Assembly (NCBI GenBank): GCA_051313645.2
Contig: JBNRSN020000024.1
Coordinates: forward strand, 59,644,001-59,708,000
Origin: Centroscyllium fabricii
Taxonomy: Eukaryota
Direction: 5' to 3'
Length of the DNA: 64,000 nucleotides
Positions 23,660 through 34,883 of this stretch are shown here, in pieces. Numbering within the stretch: the stretch's first letter is position 1; every line of letters starts with the position of its first letter. The translations under genes and the position numbers were made by a program. A model generated the notes under the pieces. That model saw nothing but the letters and a program-made list of their open reading frames with translations. It was not told the DNA's origin and searched no databases.

Positions 23660-25896
23660 GTAAGTGGAATGGGTAACGTTTTCTTTAAGGCAACATGAGT
23701 TTTTCCAGCATTTTCGGTTGTTTTGTTGTTATCATCAGAATGATGGTGCCTTGCTTGTCATATTGGTATTGTGTAAACTTCAAGTTTGTTTCACATTAGT
23801 CCGAGGCTGAGATTTTGCTGATTTAATTTATTCGCGCGATATTGGGACATGATTTCGTGAATATAACAACACACGATTAGTGCCAAACAGGACTGTCGGA
23901 TAACTTTCATATGTCCCGTTCAGTTGCTCGAAGAAATTGAGACCTAAATCATTTAGCATCAGTCCCTCAAATGACTATGTACTGCTTCGCAATTCGATAA
24001 AAAACAAACTGAATTGCATGAACATAAAACACTTTCGTTCAGCCCTCGTCCAGCAACTTTGCTGATCTGAAATGCGGGAAAAATGTGTATTCAGCGGGAG
24101 GCAACACGATGGGAGATGGCACCTTTCTTTAGCTGAGGCAAATTAAAGGCAAGATCAATAACCGCGAGTCCGAGAGGAAATCCATTGGCTCTGTCTGCCT
24201 CCTTGGTGTTTTTACTTTATTGTAACGATGTGATAAGTGGCTTTGAATAACAAAGTGTTTGAAGAGGAAATCATAGACAAAAGACATCTGGGCAGACCCT
24301 TGTCAGCAATCACCTAAATGAACTGCACACATACCTGCAATTCCCCATCCCACGAACTAAATCCATAACCAAGTGTACAATGTGAGTCTGATAGTAGATT
24401 TAGAGATATATTGCCTGCTATAGGGTAGTTATTTTTCTCATGCTTGTTAAACAAGTCATTCCTATCTAACTTTTCCTTAACTTTCATTTGCAACGATACG
24501 ACACGTATACAGTATTTACTGATCTTTATCAATCAATAACTTTTACTTGCTTTCACCATCTAGAAAACGTTTTTTTTTTACCATTTTAAATTAGATTGTC
24601 TCTGCCCTTAAAAAGTCTGTTTTAAGTTGCAAAGCAAATGTGACAGCAAAATATCCTTTGCCTATTGCTTATATACCGGAACCATTGATTGAAGCAGCCA
24701 CCCCCTCAGTTATTATTAATGAATGGTTTAATGTCAAGTTTGAAGACCTTTCTAATCAGGCTCTCCTGAAATCTCTTTCCTCCTCCGGGATCATGCGCCG
24801 TCATCACTTCAATCTGCCGTCACCTGTAAATGACGTAATATTTATTAATCCAACTATTTTTTTACGCCCAGCATGGATATGAGAGTCTTTTAAAATTGAG
24901 TTTTATTTTATTTTATACGCAGCGAAATTTTAGGCCAACGTTTTTAAAAACAAATTGCCGCCTTTGGAGCATTTTAACGACCTTTTCCCGAATATATTGG
25001 TGAGCCTTTCTCCTTGTTTTTTTTTAAAAGAAAAACTACAGGTAAACTTCGGCAGTGTCAAATAGTTTGTGCTCACCTGTTATACGATTTCGTTAAGCGT
25101 CATCTTAGTTAGAAGTACACTGACACTAAATATTGTACCGAAATACCTTCATATTTTAATATGAAAACTTAAAAATACCTTGATGTTTCAAGATGCAAAC
25201 TTTTTGTAAGTCTGGATCAAGATAGAGCCTTGGTGATCCTTACAAATACATTAATTAGCCTTCCACTTTTGATAGGTATTGTAACCGCGACTATTTTTTT
25301 TATAATTTTACCGATACTGCAAAACATATTTTACCTAAGTGGCTAAGGAAGCTTTCATATCCGTCCTGCACTTTAAATTGAAATGAGGAAGACACATAAA
25401 TAATCGGCTTAATGCAAATAATAAGTGAAGTCAGTTGCATTAAGAGGGGCAGATTCTGAGCTGACCATCAATGTTAATTCTGGTCCAATGCAAATCGTTC
25501 CCCACAACATTCGGACACTTTTGGTCAGTTTGCTGCTACAGATCTCTCGTTTGCACTGATTTCCAGGCCTTCCCCCCCAAAAAAAGAAACAGCCCAGTGA
25601 CCGATCTGTTCCACGCCGGTGTGTCGGTCCCGATTGATGGCAGTGGTTGATCTGTCCAATTATAAACGGCGTTTCTTCCGTTTGTGTGCTGGGAGACACA
25701 TTCGGGCAACATAAGTGGAATATTAACATTAATCTGTCCACTGGAAATGTAAATCAATGCCCGCGCTTTGCTCTTCTGGCGGGCTGCTATTAAGTTTGTT
25801 AACTGTACAACTGTACCGAATCACATTGAACATTTCTGTGATTATTTTTTGTTTCCCCCCCCCCGCCCCCCCTCCCCGTACGGTGCTGCTTTTCAG

Positions 25897-26120
25897 TCGT
25901 TTTGGTACCAAGTGTGCCGGCTGCTATCAGGGTATCTCCCCGAGCGATCTGGTGAGGCGAGCGAGGAGCAAAGTCTTTCATCTGAACTGTTTTACTTGTA
26001 TGATATGCAACAAACAGCTTTCCACCGGAGAAGAGCTCTACATCATAGACGAAAACAAATTTGTTTGCAAGGACGATTTTTTAAACAGCAATAATTCGAA
26101 AGAAAACGGCGCGCTCTCAG
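25897..26120 (+). CDS. LHX1: LHX1 exon 2 (LIM2 domain)
   Basis: Acceptor TTTCAG; [60 protein letters not shown]...; donor GTAAGG; phase consistent with exon 1. Confidence 0.96.
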
Positions 26121-26846
26121 GTAAGGGCAAATCCTCATAGTAAATATATATATATGTATATGTGTGTGTGTGTGTGCTTAATGGGAATCTGGGCGACAGT
26201 GTGGCCCAGTAATGTTACAGTAGCAATCGGCTGCAGCATTACTATAATCTCGCACGTGTTTTTCTCAATTAAATACTTTCACTACAACACACAGTGTGTA
26301 TTGCCATCGTAAAATGAAGAGGAATGTAAAATAATCGGGATTGGGGCTGCACGGGAATGACAAACGCGGGTGTAACAGGCTCAGGCTTTGAGCCTCCCGT
26401 TTCGCATCCACCCCATTTTAACAGTTATTTGCTGTTAATTTAATTAAATTCCATTTGCTTACTTGATCTATTACAGCGAGTAGCAGAATGTACGATTTTC
26501 GTGTAGCTTTTGTGTGACACATCTCCTGTTTGTCCATTGTACCATTTTATTCCGATTTAGATGTATGTTAACTTTTTTTTCCCGTTTCACATTTTTTTTT
26601 TACATTTTCATGTTAATATGAGAATGATTTGTTTTGAGTAGGAATATTTAGAGCATCCATAATTGTATCATTTTGGTGTGTTTGGCTTATCTCTTATTCT
26701 AAAACGTAAAAGTACTGTAATTCGGCTTTCCAGAGGGGCTATATTATCAATTACTAATACAGTCTCGGTAATTATCATCGTTTCAATGGGTTATTTATGT
26801 GATGTGAACTCATACATCATCCCATTACATTTTGTGTGTTGTACAG

Positions 26847-27124
26847 TAACGGCATGTAGTGATCAAAGTTTGTCACCGGATTCTCAAGATCATTTACAAG
26901 ATGACACAAAAGATTCAGAAAGCGCCAATGTTTCAGATAAAGAGACCGCCAATAACGAGAACGAGGAACAGAACCTGGGAGCCAAGCGCCGGGGTCCCCG
27001 CACAACCATCAAAGCGAAACAGCTGGAAACTCTCAAAGCGGCGTTTGCAGCCACTCCGAAACCCACCAGGCACATCCGAGAACAGCTCGCTCAGGAAACC
27101 GGGCTCAACATGAGGGTCATACAG
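26847..27124 (+). CDS. LHX1: LHX1 exon 3 (linker plus N-terminal homeodomain)
   Basis: [15 protein letters not shown]...[47 protein letters not shown]; donor GTAAGC. Confidence 0.96.
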
Positions 27125-27172
27125 GTAAGCGAGACATTCAGAACCGGGGGCTCCACTGTGGCTAAACATGGG

Positions 27173-27318
27173 GTGGAGGTGCCGGTGTTGGACTGGGGTG
27201 GACAAATGCAAGAAGGCACACAACAAACACCAGGTTACAGTCCAACAACAAGCTTGTGATTTCTAATAAAGCTGTTGGACTATAACCTGGTGTTGTGTGA
27301 CTTCTTGCATTTGTGACA
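27173..27318. mobile_element. PLE family B fold-back insertion in LHX1 intron 3
   Basis: Terminus GTGGAGGTGCCGG; the inversion occurs at ACAAGCTTGTG. TSD AAACATGGG at 27164-27172 and 27319-27327. Confidence 0.8.
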
Positions 27319-27387
27319 AAACATGGGAGACACGGAGGCAGGGAATTAAACCTGCTCTGAGTGTGGGGGGGGGGGGGGGGGGGGGTT

Positions 27388-27653
27388 CAGGGTGGGCCTG
27401 AGGCCAATTGAACCTATTTGACCCAATGGGGCCCCATTTGCAGAACAGAAAGCAAGAAAGATTTTTTTAAATATAGTTTTGTTTTGACACGCTTTATGTC
27501 AAAATATAAGCTAATAAATATAGATATTGCTTTTGTTTTTAATACAACGTAATAGCATATATTTCTGATACTTAATTTGAAATAATCTTAAATCCAGGGG
27601 GGGGGGCACCAAAATGGTCCAAATTGGGCCCCCAATTGCTAAGGCCGGCCCTG
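27388..27653. mobile_element. Non-autonomous DNA transposon (hAT-like MITE)
   Basis: Imperfect TIRs CAGGGTGGGCCTGAG / CTAAGGCCGGCCCTG. Confidence 0.5.
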
Positions 27654-29075
27654 GGGGGAATTAAATGAAGATGAATACTTCAGGAAACCGAGCAAAAGAG
27701 GGTTGTATAAGTGAGAGATTTAGAAACTGGGACAGAGTATTTTTTTTAAAACACAGTTAACTCGGGGAGGGCAGACTGAAGGTGGCAGTGGGGGAGGGGG
27801 GTCGTGCCCACGGGCACAGGTAATGGATAGCGTTGACCCGGGATAACCCCTCAGAGCGCTTTATCGCACAAAGAGCTGGATTCTCGGGACGGCTACACCT
27901 CAGCGGGGAAAAGTTTAAGCCGGGAGAAAGCCAAACAAGAAGAGGTGGGTAAACAAATCCGTTTTAATCGGGTCAAATGTGCGAGTAATGAAGGTAGGAA
28001 AACCCAGAAGACTGCAGCCAAGAGGTCAAGCCGCGTCCAAGCAAATATAAGTAGAGACAAATAACGCAGAGCAAATGATATGGGCAGAGCGGCACAAGCC
28101 ACCGTCAATCCAGAAACAAGTGTAAAGACAATAGCTGCACCAGCAAATCCGGTTAATCACAATGATTGTACAGAGGAGGGTTCAACTTGCCCGAGAGCAC
28201 CCTGCTTAGGGAAACAACCCGAGGTGTAAACAGCTCAGAGAAAATGAACAGGAATACCCGGGTTAAATGTTAGGGCAGCTGATTAAAAAAACAACCGACC
28301 GCAAGAGCGGGAGGAGAGAGCCGCCCCGAATTAAACTGGCAGTTGTGTGAGATAAGAGATTATTGCTGAACATTACATGCGCGATACCTCCAGCCCTGGG
28401 TGGGTGCAGAGAACCCCAGCTCTGAGGCAACGAAGGTCGAAAGACGATTATGTTGCAATGGGAACAATAACACCACATAGGGCATGTAAAAAAGGCAACC
28501 TTGTCTACGTGCATTCTAATTGTGGAATAGAGGGGCCGAGAATGCTGAGGTGGGTTACTGAAAGCGTAAGGCCGTCACTTTCGTCGACCCAGGTTAAATA
28601 TAGAACACCCCAGCCCCAGAGGATAATAATTACTGATAATCTTGCAGGGCAACTGGAATTAGCCTCAGAACCCTTCACCTGTCTTACAAAGCAAATTGTA
28701 TTCATGCAGATATGTTTCAATTTGTCGGCACTTCTGTGCAAACTGATTTGAAACATTAATTTCACTTCATTCAGTGCAATTTTGCGATTATTAAATGTCT
28801 GACTTTATTTCAATAACAAACTTAAGAATTGCACGATGTTGTTCAATGCGCCCATTACCTTGTTCAAAATGAAAAAGTGTGTTTTCAAAGGTAAACTGGA
28901 GAAAAAACGCTTACTTGCTTTTTCATTTAAGAGCCACCCTTTCCAGGATGTGACATTTCAAGCATATTTGCCACCATACAACAAATAACGGGACCATTCT
29001 GCATGTGAATATAGATTCAAAGAAGGAAGTCGAGTTTTAATTCAACTTGCAATTTGCATTTTTTAAATATAGCAG

Positions 29076-29245
29076 GTCCAAAGATGTGCGGGGTTAGGTT
29101 GATTGGCCAGGATAAATTGACCCTTAGTGTTAGGGGGATTAAATATGTGGGGTTACAGGGATAGGGTGGGAATATGTGTCGGTGCAGGCTCGATGGGCCG
29201 AAATGGCCTCTATCTGCACTGTAGGGATTCTATGATTCTATGATT
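29076..29245 (+). mobile_element. V-SINE, 5'-truncated, tail A
   Basis: GTCCAAAGATGTGCGG...GGGCCGAAATGGCCTCTATCTGCACTGTAGGGATTCTATGATTCTATG. Confidence 0.82.
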
Positions 29246-29593
29246 GGCTGCGTGCTAACCTAAGAGTCTGGGAATCAAGAGGATATCGTTGAAATGCTTG
29301 GCGTGACTGTTGTAAATTGGGTTCAGCGTTTAATTCTGGGGAAGCCTTCCGGTTTTCTTTCAGTTTATGAAACAGGGAGGTGTCAATATTAGCATTCTGT
29401 GTTTCAAGACTGGTTTGAGATTAATGTTGCAGTGTAGAATTAAACCAAGCTTTTTTTTTAAGAGGTGCTGCAGGTTTACCTTAGCTCTGAATGATGGGGC
29501 TGGGGAGGGTATTGTTTCGCCTTGTATGTATGGTTTAATATTAACTCAGGATTGTCGAAATAAAAGGAATGTTGCGGCTGCTTTGTGTCCCAG

Positions 29594-29759
29594 GTCTGGT
29601 TCCAGAACAGGAGGTCTAAAGAGAGGCGGATGAAGCAGCTGAGTGCTTTAGGGGCTCGTAGACACGCGTTTTTCCGCAGCCCCAGACGGATGAGACCCCT
29701 GGGAGATCGCCTCGACGGGGCTGACATGATGGGAAACGGCCCTTTCAATTACTACGGGG
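29594..29759 (+). CDS. LHX1: LHX1 exon 4 (homeodomain helix 3)
   Basis: Acceptor CCCAG; [41 protein letters not shown]...YYG; donor GTAAGT. Confidence 0.96.
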
Positions 29760-30630
29760 GTAAGTCCCAATTCATTTCTGTTAAACACTCCCCAGGATGT
29801 GCTTAAAAACTGATTACTTATTTAATGAGAAGGACGCTGCAAATTCAGTTTTACAGTCATGTATTGACGGACAATTGAAATACTGTATGAAGTTAGCCAT
29901 TTATTGACTTATTATTGACTTATTCAATCACTGATTACAGGAAGAGAGTCTCCGTGCTATTTTAAGGCTAAAGTATCTCTTTTCCCTCAACGATCTGCTT
30001 GTCAATGTCAGATCAGTTTCATATGCAGAATCAACTGAGCAGAGTTTCCCGCTGACAAGAACCGACTGAGGAACAGGGAACCCCAATAAGCAGCGTCCAA
30101 AATAAATGGCCCGCCTAAAATTACCATAGGAATATACAAAAGGAACTGAAATAATACAACATCTGTGTATATACGCCGGTATAAAAAGACCCAGGGAATG
30201 GCATACCCAGGTGCATTGCCATAGGGTTGTGTTTACCCCTGACATCTACACTGGGTTCTTAAAACGATACTTAGATGTAGATTAAAAGTCTTCTATTAAA
30301 ACAAACTATCGTTAACGTTGCTTACAATTGTGGGTTTTATTTTCCGATTTGCAGTTTAACAGAATACAATTAAACCAGGTTTCAAGCCTAAATAGGGAGT
30401 GCCATAAAGTTAAGGATTGTTGGGTAATATTTTAAAACTTTTATTTCCCCAAAGAAAAGTATATGGGTCGGCTTTACTTGATTATATTGCTGTGCATTAT
30501 GTATTCAACGTTTACCCGTTTTGACTTCGTATTACGAACATTTCACTATATTTGTGTAACGTGGACACTGTGATGTGAAACACGTGCTTCCGTTATATTT
30601 ACTTATAATTATGAATAATAAAATGCTTAC

Positions 30631-31043
30631 TTGGGTTGTTTTCCTTGGAGCAGAGAAGGCTGAGGGGGGACCTGATTGAGGTGTACAACATTATGAGATT
30701 ATTATAGGGTAGATAGAAAGGAACTTTTCCCCTTAGTAGAGGGGTCAATAACCAGGGGGCATAGTTTCAAGGTAAGGGGCGGGAGGTTTAGAGGGGATTT
30801 GAGGAAGAACTTTTTCACCCAGAGGGTGGTTGGAATCTGGAACTCGCTGCCTGAAAGGGTGGTAGAGGCAGGAACCCTCACAACATTCAAGAAGCATTTG
30901 GATGAGCACTTGAAATGTCATAGCATACAAGGCTACGGACCAAGTGCTGGAAAATGGGATTAGAGTAGACTGGGCTTGATGGCTGGCTCGGGGTCGATGG
31001 ACCGAAGGGCCTCTTTCTGTGCTGTATAACTCTATGACTCTAC
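30631..31043 (+). mobile_element. CR1 LINE 3' fragment with an empty PLE target site (30881-30893)
   Basis: LFSLEQRRLRGDLIEVY...FFTQRVVGIWNSLPERVVEAGTLTTFKKHLDEHL with no interruption at TTFKK; tail AACTCTATGACTCTA. Confidence 0.88.
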
Positions 31044-31858
31044 TTGATGCAACAGGAATGTTTTAGCTCCACTAGCACATATCTATTCAGACCAGCACGC
31101 AATTAGAAGAGTGCCTGGGATTGTTTAGTTTATATCTGGATCAATGTTATCTTGTAATTTATACCATTGACTTAATTTTTTTTAATGTCCTAGAATGAGT
31201 GTAGCGCGTTATAGATTTTTATTATTTTTCTATAATCCATACCGAGATATCGGAAAGGTCTATCCGGTACAATTCCACTGTACAATCCACTGGGTTAACA
31301 TGTGTGAACTTTTTTTTGTGTAATAAAGTTTCCCTGTGTCTGTTTAGTGACAGGCTGGCGGAGCTTCCAGTGAATTGTAAACAGCAGACTGGCTGTTATT
31401 TGATGGCGAGGACACGGGGAGGACAATAAGCACACAGGAGGGGATGGGGTTAATTCATATGGCGTGAATGTACAGCATTAAGTGGGAGGCTCTTAACAAA
31501 ACCATAGCACGAAGCTTAAACTTCAGCAACCCTTGAAGGCTCGAACCACCCCCCCCCCCCCCCCCCCCCAATAAAAACTTTTGGCTTTAAATCGGAGTTT
31601 AGCATCGTTCCCATGCATTTGGAAAGAAAGTTGTGATGTATGTGTCAAAATAAAAAGAGAATGCCCGCGCTCAAATTGCTGCATTATTGATTAATTATGA
31701 ACCATAAGCGGAGGAAGTTTATTTTTTTAACTTCATTTACATTGGAATGTGCTGGAAAGTTAATTGCTGATCCAACGTCTCCCAAGTACCTTTTAAAAGA
31801 AAACATTTTTTACAAGATATTTTACACGCGGCGTTAAGCTGGCAGGGATTTCCCCTTA

Positions 31859-32011
31859 CGATAGCGGATGCTGGAAATCCGAAATAACGCTGGGGGGAAA
31901 ACTCCGCAGGCCCAGGCAGCATCGGTGGAGAGAGAAACCGAGAGAAAGTGTTCCTCGCTCCACCGATGCTGGCTGGCCTGCTGAGTTTATCCCGCGTTTT
32001 CTGTTGTTATT
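31859..32011. mobile_element. PLE family A short fold-back insertion
   Basis: Terminus CGATAGC followed by an inverted arm. TSD GGGATTTCCCC at 31845-31855 and 32013-32023. Confidence 0.72.
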
Positions 32012-32249
32012 GGGGATTTCCCCAGATTCGATCTTACATTGAACCAGGACAAATTTGAAATTAAAACGAGGTCGGATATGATCGCATTTATTGACGTTTT
32101 CTATACAACTATTGCATGACTGGAAAGTGCCAGCCATCATCTTCATCCGTGCTCAGCTTAACCGCGGCGGCCAGTTCTAGGATGCAGGTTCTCCATTTAA
32201 TTTACTTATGTAAATTAGCATGCATTCAGGCTGAATCGAAAAAATAATT

Positions 32250-32460
32250 CGATAGCAAAATACTGCGGATGCTGGGAATCCGAAATAACAACAGAAAATG
32301 CTGGGAAAAAACTCAGCAGGCTAGGCAGCATCGGTGGAGAGAGAAACAGAGTCAACGTTTCAGGTCAATGACCTTTCGTCAGAACTGGAGCAGCCAGGGG
32401 GGGCGGGGGGGATAGATTTTAAAGTTTGTGGGGGCTGGGGAAAGGGGGGGTCTGAAAGAA
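32250..32460 (-). mobile_element. PLE family A pLTR fragment with hammerhead (32350-32386, minus strand)
   Basis: Terminus CGATAGCAAAATACTG; minus strand AGTT-CTGACGA-A-AGGTC ATT GACCT-GAAACGTT-GACT. Confidence 0.75.
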
Positions 32461-33821
32461 TAACTCGTCAGATACAGAGTACTGCAACGGCGTTTAAATT
32501 GAAATATATTCTAGCAGGGAATTTCAGAAAAGCCTTCAAAAGAATTGACTGCACATTTAACACTTTTAAAATATATATATAGATCCCATTAAGATTTTGG
32601 GGGTGTAAATGATGTTGGTGCGTGAACCATTGGTTTTCATGCTCGGATTTTTAAATAATGCGTATTGGGAGTAATTTGCATGAATACCTGTGGATCATTT
32701 AGGTAGCAGGCTGCTTTCAGAACACTTCACTGAATTTGGTAACTAGGTAACTAAGTGCGAGTGCACGACTTAAACCTCGGCTCCGAATAATCAACTATTT
32801 TTACAAGATCTTTCAGCCCACGGTTGTGGGATGATGGCAGGCTGTTATTTGGCGTGTGCTCGACAATGACTAGTGGAGTGGTGGTTTTGTGAGAGCGGTT
32901 GCGTTTGTGTAAAATGAGTGAGCATTATTCAAAAAGTGGGACCCTGCTGGGCCAGACCTTGTGTGTGATAGGGATTAATAACACCGAATAGTTTCCCAAG
33001 CGTTTGTTTGCAATCACATCTGCTTCATTTTTCACTTACAGAGATGAAATCTTGAGCAAAAAAAAAACCCCAAGACATCAGTCTGATTTGCAAATGGGAC
33101 ATAAATTAAGCACAAAAAAAAAAACATTTGATTGCTGTTTGCCTTGCCCGTTGCGCGTCACACTGTGAATTCACAGAGTAATTCTGAGCAATGGAGTTTG
33201 GGGCTGCTCAAATGTAAGGCTCATTAGCCAAAAGAGAAAATAATTCACTGTGTCACAAAAATGTTCTGATTTTATATTCTCTGAAAGAATTTCATACATG
33301 TTTGTTTTAGCCACTAAAAAAAATTAAAACGCCTAGAATGGTGTAAATGGTTTATTTTGTCTTAAACCTGGCACCAGAGACATGCCCTATGATTGGGTCT
33401 CATTTGATCAGAAAGCAATATTACCACTTTGTCTCACCGCCCTAGGTACAACAACCCCGTTTTATTTCACATTGCTACAGAGCAGCATGTCGGCCTCCAT
33501 CCATGGTTCCCAGAGATATGGGAAGGTTTCCTTTCTGATCACAGATTTCAGAATGACAGCAGATCAACTCGAGTACCTTAAGAGTCACAGAGTTATACAG
33601 CACGGAAAGAGGCCCTTTGGCCCATCGTGTCCACGCCGGCCATCAAGCCCTGTCTATTCTAATCGCACTTTTCTGCAGTTGGTCCATAGCCTTGTATGCT
33701 ATGGTGTTTCAAGTGCTCATCTAAATGTTTCTTGAATGTTGATGTGCCGGTGTTGGACTGGGGTGGGCAAATTTAAGAAGTCACACAACACCAGGTTATA
33801 GTCCAACAGTTTTATTAGAAA

Positions 33822-33858
33822 TCACAAGCTTTCAGAGCGCTGCTCCTTCCTCAGGTGA
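33822..33858 (-). ncRNA. Minimal hammerhead ribozyme motif (PLE family B)
   Basis: Minus strand: TCAC-CTGAGGA-A-GGAGC AGC GCTCT-GAAAGCTT-GTGA. Stem I TCAC/GTGA, palindromic stem III AGCT. Confidence 0.75.
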
Positions 33859-33958
33859 AGTGAAGAGATGCATATAGGCACAGCATATATAGTCAGAAAA
33901 CAATGCCAGATGATTATTCTCTGACTATATATGCTGTGCCTATGTGCATCTCTTCACT

Positions 33959-33995
33959 CCACCTGATGAAGGAGCAGCGCTCCGAAAGCTTATGA
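33959..33995 (+). ncRNA. Minimal hammerhead ribozyme motif (PLE family B), sense in LHX1 intron 4
   Basis: CCAC-CTGATGA-A-GGAGC AGC GCTCC-GAAAGCTT-ATGA. Core intact, stem I mismatched. Confidence 0.65.
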
Positions 33996-34525
33996 TTTCT
34001 AATAAAACTGTTGGACCATAACCTGGTGTTGTGTGACTTCTTATATTCTTGAATGTTGTGAGGGTTCCTGCCTCTACCACCCTTTCAGGCAGTGAGTTCC
34101 AGATTCCAATCACCCTCTGGGTGAAAAAGTTCCTCCTCAAATCCCCTCTAAACCTCCTGCCCCTTTATAAAGACCAACAATAAATGCAATAATCTGGGAA
34201 CCAATGCGCCTGGCTTTATGTTGAAGGTTGAATCTAGAGACCACATTGTAACTGTGTGTGTGTGTGTCTTGGGAGGGGAATAAGCAGGTTGATGCCTTTA
34301 AAGGCCAATTCATGTTTAGGAGGTGCCTACCCCATTATCAGTTCTGCAACGTGCAAGGGAGATAAACGAAAGTCACCGATTTCAATTCTGAAGTTTTCAG
34401 AGTGCAAGGCCAGGTTAGGAATTAAGTGCAAACGTTGTTACTGTGAGTTTTGAATTCGTTGTGTTCCTATTATGATTTCACCTGGCTCGCGTTTTGGCTT
34501 TGAACAATGCGTTGCTGAAGCACCA

Positions 34526-34559
34526 CGATAGCAAAATACTGCAGCATGTTCTGCTGTTA
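34526..34559. mobile_element. Ultra-short PLE family A fold-back insertion
   Basis: CGATAGCAAAATACTG followed by CAGCATGTTCTGCTGTTA from the opposite strand, flanked by TTGCTGAA(G/A)CA at 34512-34522 and 34560-34570. Confidence 0.55.
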
Positions 34560-34656
34560 TTGCTGAAACATTAGTTTATCGGCTTGCAAAGTTCATTCGT
34601 CCCTACTCTTCTTTGTATTTGACTTCTTGAAACTGCAATGTGGGTGCACCAATAAT

Positions 34657-34808
34657 GTGGAGGTGCCGGTGTTGGACTGGGGTGGACAAATGCAATAAGT
34701 CACACAACACCAGGTTATAGTCCAACAGTTTTATTTGAAATCACAAGCTTGTGATTTCAAATAAAACTGTTGGACTATAACCTGGTGTTGTGTGACTTCT
34801 TGCATCTA
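34657..34808. mobile_element. PLE family B fold-back insertion forming a 116-bp palindrome
   Basis: Palindrome 34690-34805 centred on AAGCTT (34745-34750) with one mismatch; flanking duplication TGCACCAA at 34645-34652 and 34809-34816. Confidence 0.82.
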
Positions 34809-34883
34809 TGCACCAAATGTGTAGGGCTGCATAAGGATAACGTATATTTATATTTATTTGCTCCCTTTTTTTTTCATTCCCAG

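Larger units (their letters stand above)
33742..34045. mobile_element. PLE family B inverted pLTR pair with two hammerhead motifs
   Basis: TSD TTCTTGAATGTTG at 33729-33741 and 34046-34058. Hammerhead cores at 33822-33858 (-) and 33959-33995 (+). Confidence 0.82.
33580..34165 (-). mobile_element. CR1 LINE 3' fragment with PLE insertion at 33742-34045
   Basis: Same CR1 family as 16000-16491; RRNFFTQRVIGIWNSLPERVVEAGTLTTFK. Confidence 0.86.

Noticed and set aside
26663-27259. 198-aa ORF as a single-exon homeobox gene
   Set aside because: Only 26847-27124 is exon, bounded by AG/GT. The flanks are intron and a PLE insertion.
34690-34805. microRNA precursor
   Set aside because: The loopless palindrome is fully explained by two inverted PLE pieces with a flanking duplication.
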